A DNA stretch of 61,134 bases, filler included, from an uncultured bacterium (GTDB lineage: Bacteria; Hinthialibacterota; Hinthialibacteria; Hinthialibacterales; Hinthialibacteraceae), in assembly GCA_964449065.1 (NCBI GenBank). It is 2 parts of 2 records of this genome, joined end to end, with 100 filler letters (N's around TTAATTAATTAA, not from the genome) between each part and the next. Parts side by side here need not be neighbours in the genome. Positions count along the whole stretch, not along the records: positions 31,342 to 61,134 come from CAYVAZ010000017.1; 1 more part is not named here. One strand, written 5' to 3'. Shown in pieces: positions 38,606 through 46,268 of the stretch; the first letter of the stretch is position 1, and each line of letters starts with the position of its first letter. The position numbers were made by a program, and so were the translations under genes. The notes under the pieces were generated by a model. It saw only the letters and a list, made by a program, of their open reading frames with translations, was not told the origin of the DNA and did not search any database.

Positions 38606-38613
38606 AATGTATG

Positions 38614-39774
38614 CTATTTCCCCAGTTCCATTCTGAGTATTCCATTGATCAATGAGTCTTCGCCGAAATCTATGCGCTTTACATGGGTTAAACGATTGAC
38701 TGTTTTCATATCATGATTGCCTTTGCCCATAAAAAACGAGGGGGCTTCTTTGCCGCCGATCAAAAGCGGGGCGGTGTAGATGCACAGTTCATTCACCAAT
38801 TCCGCTTCCAAAAATGCGGTATGAACCGCCGGGCCGCCTTCTACCATTACACTCAAAATATTGCGCCGCGCAAGCTGTTCCAACACGCTGACCAGGTTTA
38901 ATCCGTTTGCGGCTTCATCCACTGGAACCACTTGCACCCCCGCTTTCATCAAAGCATCCATGTTTTGCTGTGGGGCGTCTTCAGACACAAAAACGCAAAC
39001 CGGCACATCCGCCGCGGAAACCACCAATTTGGATTCCAGATCAATCGATGCCCGGCGGTTTAATACCACCCGCGTAGGGGCTTTAAACGTATCAACCGGC
39101 AATTCATCCAACCGCACGGTTAAAGATGGGTCGTCTTGTTTCACCGTGTTGGCCCCCACCAAGATGGCATCGTATTCCGCGCGCAGTTGATGGACGTGGC
39201 GGCGGGATTCTTCACTTGTGATCCACTTGGAATCCCCCGATGCGGACGCCATTTTGCCGTCTAAAGAAACCGCGGCTTTCAGCATCACCCACGGCAAGTT
39301 TGTGGTATGGCGGTGAAAGAAAAACCGGTTGAGATGCCAGGCGTCATCTTTCAGCAAACCAACATCGACTTGGATACCGTGAGAGCGCAGTTCTTCCACC
39401 CCTTTGCCGGATACTTGGGGGAAAGGATCCAGGGTAGATATGACAACCCGTTTGATGCCCGCTTCAATCACCGCTTGTGTGCAAGGGGGTGTTGCTCCTT
39501 GATGACAGCACGGTTCAAGATTGACATAGAGCGTTCCGCCTTTGGGTGAATCGTTGCATTGCCGCAAGGCAGCACGTTCGGCATGAGGTTCGCCTTTTCG
39601 CCGATGATATCCTTCGGCAATAATGGTACCGGAGTGAGGGAAGTCTTTTGTAATGACGCAGCCCACGCGCGGGTTGGGCGAGACGGTATACTTTCCGTTC
39701 TCGGCAAGGGCCAAAACCCGGCGCATGATCCGGGCGTCTTGCTTAGAAAATGCGGCGTGGTCTGTTCCACTCAA
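38614..39774 (-). CDS. ribD: Bifunctional deaminase/reductase RibD
   Basis: PNPRVG, HAE, LEPCCH..TPPC, SLDGK, SKWIT, VEGG. Confidence 0.97.
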   Translation of the reverse strand: MSGTDHAAFSKQDARIMRRVLALAENGKYTVSPNPRVGCVITKDFPHSGTIIAEGYHRRKGEPHAERAALRQCNDSPKGGTLYVNLEPCCHQGATPPCTQAVIEAGIKRVVISTLDPFPQVSGKGVEELRSHGIQVDVGLLKDDAWHLNRFFFHRHTTNLPWVMLKAAVSLDGKMASASGDSKWITSEESRRHVHQLRAEYDAILVGANTVKQDDPSLTVRLDELPVDTFKAPTRVVLNRRASIDLESKLVVSAADVPVCVFVSEDAPQQNMDALMKAGVQVVPVDEAANGLNLVSVLEQLARRNILSVMVEGGPAVHTAFLEAELVNELCIYTAPLLIGGKEAPSFFMGKGNHDMKTVNRLTHVKRIDFGEDSLINGILRMELGK

Positions 39775-40601
39775 TGCGACAATTGTCCGACACCGTTAAT
39801 GCCTTTTTGCACGGCAAATTCAACGATGTCTTCGAGAATGGCTTCGGTTTTGCGGTTGTCGCGGACTTCAACGATAAACGGAATGTCGATATCCAAAGCG
39901 CGCAAATTCGTCAACACTTCATCCCATGGAACCGAACCCTGGCCCGGCGGCAGGTGTTCATCGACGCTGCCGCGGTTGTCGCTGGCTTGGACGGAAAAGA
40001 TTTTATCGCCCAGTTCGTCAATCGCTCCCGGAAGTTGTTTGCCCACAAACGCGTGACCGATATCGAGGCACAACCCGACATTCGGAAGATCAAGATTCGA
40101 AATTTGTTTGTAGAGTTCTTTAAGATTGTTGCCGAAGAACGGGTCGGGCAAGTTTTCAATCGCGATCTTTAAATTCCGGTCTTCCGCATAGCCGCTGAGT
40201 TCCCGCAGCGATTCATGCAGGGAGGGCCAGCGTGCTTCGGCTTCACTGGCTTCCCCCTCGATGCTGGCAGGGTGAAAGGTCACCAATTCCGCGCCAAGCA
40301 GCATGGCGGCATCCAATACCTTTTGGGCGTTGGTGATGGTATCGTTGCGGTAGTCTTCATTCGGGGTAGATAGGTCTCCAACGTAGCTGGGTGCGTGTAC
40401 AGTTATTGTTTGAAAGGCGGCATCCCGCAACCGCATCCCGGCGTTTTGGACCTGCTCAGCGTTCCGAATATCCAAGTGACGCGGATTCACAAAAATTTCA
40501 ACCGCGTCAATGTCATAGCGTTTCAACAAATCCAGCTTACTTAAAAACGTAGCCGGAAGCCATGTGTAAGATGAAATGGAAAGATGCATTGTTTCCCTCA
40601 T
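39771..40601 (-). CDS. Sugar phosphate isomerase/epimerase (xylose isomerase-like TIM barrel)
   Basis: VHAP, IENL, CLDIGH, SDN..DEHLPPGQG. Stop overlaps the ribD start. Confidence 0.85.
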   Translation of the reverse strand: MRETMHLSISSYTWLPATFLSKLDLLKRYDIDAVEIFVNPRHLDIRNAEQVQNAGMRLRDAAFQTITVHAPSYVGDLSTPNEDYRNDTITNAQKVLDAAMLLGAELVTFHPASIEGEASEAEARWPSLHESLRELSGYAEDRNLKIAIENLPDPFFGNNLKELYKQISNLDLPNVGLCLDIGHAFVGKQLPGAIDELGDKIFSVQASDNRGSVDEHLPPGQGSVPWDEVLTNLRALDIDIPFIVEVRDNRKTEAILEDIVEFAVQKGINGVGQLSH

Positions 40602-40657
40602 TTTTGCAAGTAGGACAATTCGGTTGAAACACTGCCCTTGCTTGAGATTTAGTTTGT

Positions 40658-40687
40658 AGTCTATCCGTTCGCAAAATTAAATGTCAA
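40658..40687 (-). promoter_or_regulatory. Putative promoter of the isomerase-rib operon
   Basis: TTGACA-18 nt-TAGACT. Confidence 0.45.
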
Positions 40688-40820
40688 CCCCACACGCACT
40701 GTCACAAAGAGGAATTGTTGACACCGGCACGAACAAGAAAATCTCCCGTTGGGTTTTTGGTTTTCTTCTTTCGTACTACTATATCAGTATAACAAATTTA
40801 CAAGAAACCATGAACAAAAA

Positions 40821-41363
40821 ATGAGTTTTATTCAAATTTTTATTTCATTAAAGATAACCGATAATACCACGCGCAGCGCTTTGTATGCCTTGCAAAACCG
40901 GATGGGATTTGAAACGGTTGCTTCTTTAAAGCGGTGGCAGTTGTGGGAATTGGACCTGCGGGATATGGCGCGGGACGATGCGTTAGCCTGTGTACGGAAC
41001 TGGGTGGAAACCACTGCTATCTTTATGAATCCCAACAAACATCACTATCAAGTCATTCCGTCAACTACTGCCCTCTTGCAATCGGAAACGGTGGCCAATT
41101 TTGCTTCTTCCAACGGTGCGGTATTCGTGTATGACCGTGAGGATGGAGAGGGCGAACGGGTATTCAACACACTGAAAAAACTACACTCTCCCCAGCATTC
41201 TTTGCAGCGGTTGCTGCGGGGTACGCTGTGGGATGTTACGTGGAATCAACCCTCGGCTGATGAGTTCAAAAGACTGGAATCCATAGCCGTCAGTACCCAT
41301 CGTGATTCAGGAATATTTGCCAATCCGCATTATCAAGATTACAAAGTATTCGTTCATTCCTAA
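40821..41363 (+). CDS. Hypothetical protein with two tandem PurS-like repeats
   Basis: The halves end in IFMNPNKHHY and IFANPHYQDY, resembling the PurS LxNP motif, and each has an upstream Asp motif and an R-x3-W strand. Confidence 0.55.
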   Translation: MSFIQIFISLKITDNTTRSALYALQNRMGFETVASLKRWQLWELDLRDMARDDALACVRNWVETTAIFMNPNKHHYQVIPSTTALLQSETVANFASSNGAVFVYDREDGEGERVFNTLKKLHSPQHSLQRLLRGTLWDVTWNQPSADEFKRLESIAVSTHRDSGIFANPHYQDYKVFVHS

Positions 41364-41379
41364 CCGGTTGAGAGTGTAC

Positions 41380-42324
41380 ATGCCAATCCGTCAAATTCCT
41401 GCCTCAGACTATCATCATGTATTAAATTTACTGGAAGCATCGTTTCCGGATGTTTCCCGTACCTTTTTTCATTCCGTAACCCACTTTGATCCCTGGTATG
41501 ATGAGCGCTTCAGTTTGGGTGTGGATATGGGGGGCAAACCGGTATCGTTTCTGCAAATCTTTGACCGAACGGTATTGCTCAACCATCAACCCGTCCGCAT
41601 TGGCGGGATTGGCGGTGTCGGCACGCATCCGAACCATGAAGGCAAAGGATACGCCACCAAACTGCTTCGGCACGCGCAAGAAGTTATGCAAAGGGAAAAT
41701 ATGACTGGATCCATATTGTTTACCAAAATCAATCCATTCTACGAACGGCTTGGTTGGAAGACCCTTCCCTTGCAAGAGCAGGAGATTGCTGTTTCTGAGG
41801 TTTCTTCGTTGAAAAATCCACACTGTTCGTCTCAGCCCGTCAAAGAGAGCGATTATGAAACGCTTCATGAACTGTATCAGCTGGAACAGCACAATTATCA
41901 TGGAACGTTGATTCGGACGATTTCGTATTGGAAAAATCGGGTCCGGTGGATGAACCATACCTGCCGCGTGATTCGCAACCGGGATGAAGTGGTTGCTTAT
42001 TTGTATGGCGCAAAATACCGTAAGGATATCCCAACACTGCAACTAACCGAATTCGGGCTGAAAGATCATGATCCGGATACAGTCAGCGCGTGGTTGGAGG
42101 CGGCTGTTCAACTGGCACAGGAAAACCGCTGCTGCACACTACGTTCGAACTTTACGGTGCATCCGGCGGTGCAGCAATTTATAACGGACAACCAAATCCC
42201 CGTTCACGAAAAGCCATACCATTATATCATGTGGTGGGACTGTGATTCTTCATGTTTGTCGAAAGAGATCAACCGGTTGATCAAAGCGAACCAATTTATC
42301 TATTGGCAAACCGATGCGTTTTAA
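41380..42324 (+). CDS. GNAT acetyltransferase (Eis-like)
   Basis: GGIGGVGTHPNHEGKGYATKLL motif A, FYERLGW, and a second degenerate GNAT domain. Confidence 0.88.
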   Translation: MPIRQIPASDYHHVLNLLEASFPDVSRTFFHSVTHFDPWYDERFSLGVDMGGKPVSFLQIFDRTVLLNHQPVRIGGIGGVGTHPNHEGKGYATKLLRHAQEVMQRENMTGSILFTKINPFYERLGWKTLPLQEQEIAVSEVSSLKNPHCSSQPVKESDYETLHELYQLEQHNYHGTLIRTISYWKNRVRWMNHTCRVIRNRDEVVAYLYGAKYRKDIPTLQLTEFGLKDHDPDTVSAWLEAAVQLAQENRCCTLRSNFTVHPAVQQFITDNQIPVHEKPYHYIMWWDCDSSCLSKEINRLIKANQFIYWQTDAF

Positions 42325-42390
42325 CCGGCATGAAGACGGGACGATAAAGTCTTACTTTTGTTTCCGGTTCAACTCGATACACTGTTAATC

Positions 42391-44196
42391 ATGAACCATA
42401 CAAATCCTTCACAACATACCGATAGTTTGGTCTATGCCATGTTTCTTTACCTGCGGCCTGTTTTAGGCATGGAGGTGATCGGTATATTGTTTCTAATTTT
42501 GCATAGTTATCTGCTGGTTTTGGTGCCGGAATATGTGAAGCAGATCATCAACAAGCTGGAAAACCATGTAACAAATCAAGAACTCATGACCCAGGAATAC
42601 TTAATGGAGATGCTGTTGTGGGTCATCGGGCTTTCGATCGTATCCGGATTGATGCTGTTTTGTGCCCGTTTGTTGGTGATCGGTGCGTCCCGCCAAATTG
42701 AACGGCGCATGCGCAGCGAATTTTTGCATCACATCCAAAAACTGACTCCCCGTTTTTTTCATAATAACCGCACCGGCGATTTGATGACCCGCTTTGCCAG
42801 CGATATTGAAGCGGTGCGGATGCTGGTCGGTCCCGGCATTATGTATCCAGGCAGCACCTGTTTTACCACCCTGTTCGCGTTGACTTCCATGTATATGTTA
42901 AATGTGGAGTTAACCAATTACTTGTTAATTCCGGTAATCATTCTGCTGGTGTATGTAAACTACAACACCCGCTATCTACACCATTATTTTAAAAAGGCGC
43001 AGGAAGTTTATTCCAACATGTCTGCCGTTTTACAGGAAAACTTTTCCGGTATTCGGGTGATCAAAGCCTATACACAAGAAGAGACCGAAGCAAAGCGCTT
43101 TCAAACCCTCAATCAAGAACATGTGGATTGGAAATTAAAACAGATCAAAATGCGCGGGCGGCTGTATCCCTTTATGAAATTTATTGGCGCTGCCGGCAGT
43201 TTGCTGATCTTGTGGATCGGCGGTTTTAAGGTGATCGACGGCTCGCTGCAAATCGGAGAGTTGGTGCAGTTCACCATGTATCTTACCTATTTGATGTGGC
43301 CGATTATCGCGTTGGGGTGGGTGATCAACGTGATACACCGCGGATTGGCTTCTTGGCGCAGGCTGCATGGTGTCATGTCGGTCAAGCCGGAAATTTTGGA
43401 TTCCCCCGAGGCGATGGTATTGCCGGACGTTCGAGGAACCATCGAAGTGCGGAATTTGACATTCGCGTATTATGAGAACGCGGAACCGGTCTTGAACAAT
43501 GTATCCTTTTCCATACACGCAGGACATACATTGGCGGTGGTGGGACCGACCGGTTCGGGCAAAAGTACAATCGTCAATGTGCTCATGCATTTGTATCCGG
43601 TCCCGCCCGGAACCGTTTTTATTGACGGCAAAGATATCAACGATATTTCGCTGGAAACTTTGCGGGAATCGATCGCGTATGTTTCGCAGGAAGTGTTTTT
43701 GTTTTCCGATACCGTTCGCTCCAACATTTTATTCGGCACCAACGGCGAGCCGGAATCCGAAATGGAACCGGCCTTAATGGAAGCCGCGGCGCACGCGCAG
43801 CTGGCGAATGAAGTGGAAACCTTTCCCAACAAATACGATACCGAAGTCGGCGAGCGGGGCATTACACTCTCTGGAGGACAAAAACAGCGTACCGGGATCG
43901 CGCGCGCGCTGATATTAGAACGCCCCATCCTCATCTTGGATGACTGCCTGTCGAATGTGGATGCGCATACGGAAGAAGCGGTCCTCAAATCGCTGACCGA
44001 AATCATGAAAGACCGCACCACCATTATGATCAGCCACCGCGTATCCACCATCAAACATGCCGATCATATCATTGTGCTAAATCACGGCGAAATTGTGGAA
44101 GAAGGCACCCATGAATCGCTGATTCAGCAAGACGGAATCTATGCCAAAATGTACAGCCGCCAGTTGCTGGAAGAAAGCTTAGGCATTCGGGCCTAA
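42391..44196 (+). CDS. ABC exporter, fused TMD plus ATPase (MdlA-like)
   Basis: GDLMTR, GPTGSGKS, LSGGQKQR, ILDD, SHR. Confidence 0.93.
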   Translation: MNHTNPSQHTDSLVYAMFLYLRPVLGMEVIGILFLILHSYLLVLVPEYVKQIINKLENHVTNQELMTQEYLMEMLLWVIGLSIVSGLMLFCARLLVIGASRQIERRMRSEFLHHIQKLTPRFFHNNRTGDLMTRFASDIEAVRMLVGPGIMYPGSTCFTTLFALTSMYMLNVELTNYLLIPVIILLVYVNYNTRYLHHYFKKAQEVYSNMSAVLQENFSGIRVIKAYTQEETEAKRFQTLNQEHVDWKLKQIKMRGRLYPFMKFIGAAGSLLILWIGGFKVIDGSLQIGELVQFTMYLTYLMWPIIALGWVINVIHRGLASWRRLHGVMSVKPEILDSPEAMVLPDVRGTIEVRNLTFAYYENAEPVLNNVSFSIHAGHTLAVVGPTGSGKSTIVNVLMHLYPVPPGTVFIDGKDINDISLETLRESIAYVSQEVFLFSDTVRSNILFGTNGEPESEMEPALMEAAAHAQLANEVETFPNKYDTEVGERGITLSGGQKQRTGIARALILERPILILDDCLSNVDAHTEEAVLKSLTEIMKDRTTIMISHRVSTIKHADHIIVLNHGEIVEEGTHESLIQQDGIYAKMYSRQLLEESLGIRA

Positions 44197-45915
44197 CTGT
44201 TTTTTAAGAGTATCCAATACCGGCGTGTATAGTTTCAGTATTTTCAATGCTTCATGTAGGGATTGCTTCACCATCACTTGTTTTGTGTTTTCATCCATCC
44301 GGTTTAATGGTTCCATCAAAGTAAGACGAAAGACGGCATGATCCAGCAAAGCCCGGACGGTTTTATCCTGCAAAAAGCGGTTCCATATTTCCATGCATTC
44401 GGAAACGGAATGGTTTCCGCTCAAGGCCTCTTCAAATTGCTGGTTATAGTTTGATATCCATTCGAACGCTTCTTGAATCACCGCTGAACATGCAGTGAAA
44501 TCCACTTGTTTTGACTGGTGCAGCGTGGTGACGGCTTGCAGGATATCATTCTGCGAACTTCCATATTTGGCGGCAGCTTCCTGCAAATTCATCCGCTTGC
44601 AGCCGGACTTTTTTGCTCCGTTTATCGTGCAATCAATCCAATCCACGGCATTCTCATTCACGATTTTTTCTAACTCTTCTATATACATTTTAAACGAAGG
44701 GTACGTATAAACCGTCTCCTCATCCCAGCCGGGTACGGGAACAACGGGCAGCCATTCTTCCGAACCATCGCTTTTTTCGATCAAAATATGATTCGGTTTG
44801 GTTTCGCGAATGCGGTAGGAATGAGAAGCCTGTGCCGTGTGGGTGGTGCCTTGTGTGAAGGGGATGGCTAAATCCAATCCGCTAAAGAGAACGGGATTAC
44901 ACCCCAAATGCAAAGCCAGGCGGGCGGCCGCTTCCGACACATTCAACGGCCGGCAAAACACGGTTTGAAAATTCAAAATATCCCGAAGCCAAAACGTGAG
45001 ATGAGTACTTTCATCCAGCAGCGCTATTTTATTTGGATAATCATCATGGTTTTGGATGATTTCATGATGGCAATCCTGCAAGAACGCGAGGATGGTTTCT
45101 TTGGGCAATTGCACGCCGTCAAAGTGCCGGACATTTTGCCGGGTTGGATCGGTTGTCACGACGATATGCGGTTTGATGTTGTGGTGAAACAATGTTCGAA
45201 TCGCGGTATCCACTGCAATGATAAGAAAGCGGTCTTTTGTGCTTTGAATGTCTTGTATGGATTCATCCAAAGACGGCCCCGCGGCAATGATGAGGGCTGG
45301 GATATCCTTGCAGACATTTTTCACATCGTCTAAAAGGGATGACCGCAATATTGCCGGCAAATTTCGCAGGATATTGAGCTGGCATAAATCCGCCCGCGCC
45401 AGTCTCATGCGCAAATGAAGTGTTTCCAACTCGACGATTGTTTTGATCCACTCGATTGCCTGCACGACTTCCGGCTGGGTTTCTTCATAAACCTCCGGAT
45501 TGACCAAAACGTGATAGCCGTGCGCCGCTAGAGATGTTTTGATTGTTGCCAAACCGGCCTGCATGTGTTCAATGCGGTTCCCTAGCGCGAATTTCAGGGA
45601 TGAATCCAGGATGGCACCGGAAAAATCGCGCTTTTCGAACATCGCCGCAAGGTGATGGATATCCGGTTCAATAACAACAATATGTCGCGGATCGATGATC
45701 GTTTGGATCTCATGCAAAAGATGGCCGCTGCCCAAACCAACTACAACAATCTGTCTGACCTGGTTTTGTTTCATCTGAAGCAAACGGTTTTGAATGCGGT
45801 TTCGGTCAACGGCTTTGGAGGGCTTGATCTCCGCGGCGTGAATATCCTCCAGCATCTCAGATAGATGCGGCTGCGTTCTGAGCAGGGCGGATATGTTTTT
45901 TTGAAATAGGGACAT
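44179..45915 (-). CDS. Maf/DUF115 (MptE-like) family protein
   Basis: N-terminal F..N..AL, Rossmann-like GLGSG, ALIIAAGPSL, IIAVDTA, LGCNP..FSGLDLA. Confidence 0.8.
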   Translation of the reverse strand: MSLFQKNISALLRTQPHLSEMLEDIHAAEIKPSKAVDRNRIQNRLLQMKQNQVRQIVVVGLGSGHLLHEIQTIIDPRHIVVIEPDIHHLAAMFEKRDFSGAILDSSLKFALGNRIEHMQAGLATIKTSLAAHGYHVLVNPEVYEETQPEVVQAIEWIKTIVELETLHLRMRLARADLCQLNILRNLPAILRSSLLDDVKNVCKDIPALIIAAGPSLDESIQDIQSTKDRFLIIAVDTAIRTLFHHNIKPHIVVTTDPTRQNVRHFDGVQLPKETILAFLQDCHHEIIQNHDDYPNKIALLDESTHLTFWLRDILNFQTVFCRPLNVSEAAARLALHLGCNPVLFSGLDLAIPFTQGTTHTAQASHSYRIRETKPNHILIEKSDGSEEWLPVVPVPGWDEETVYTYPSFKMYIEELEKIVNENAVDWIDCTINGAKKSGCKRMNLQEAAAKYGSSQNDILQAVTTLHQSKQVDFTACSAVIQEAFEWISNYNQQFEEALSGNHSVSECMEIWNRFLQDKTVRALLDHAVFRLTLMEPLNRMDENTKQVMVKQSLHEALKILKLYTPVLDTLKKQLGPNA

Positions 45916-46076
45916 AAAGCAAAAAAATCAGTTTAGGAATCTATGAAGTCTATATCGTATACCATTGTCAAATAGAAACGTTTACTATGATACATCGAAA
46001 ATCGGTATAGTGGATGTCATTGCGGGATCTCTTCATTGGCATCCAAACGAAGCAATCTGTTGCTCCACTTTGATAT

Positions 46077-46171
46077 TAGAGCGTTTCAAAGTTGTATAGC
46101 CGGGTAGCATCGGCTTCTAGCCGGTACATGTATGTACACGTTGTACCTCTACGAAAACCTGAATTGCTCTA
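46077..46171. mobile_element. MITE-like element enclosing a family-B REP copy
   Basis: Imperfect terminal inverted repeats TAGAGCGTTTCA / TGAATTGCTCTA with TA at both ends. REP at 46102-46126. Confidence 0.6.
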
Positions 46172-46194
46172 GCATATATGGGATGGTAACATAA

Positions 46195-46228
46195 ACAAAA
46201 AGCGGAGACCCGAAAGTCTCCGCTTTGT
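46195..46228 (-). terminator. Intrinsic terminator of ppdK
   Basis: AAAGCGGAGAC/GTCTCCGCTTT stem with a T-run on the minus strand, about 40 nt after the stop. Confidence 0.85.
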
Positions 46229-46268
46229 ATTGCTTTGTATTGCTTGTTTGCCCTTGCAACAATCTCAC

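Noticed and set aside
40602..40820. Possible FMN riboswitch ahead of the rib operon
   Set aside because: The conserved RFN motifs are not present; the region looks like divergent promoters.
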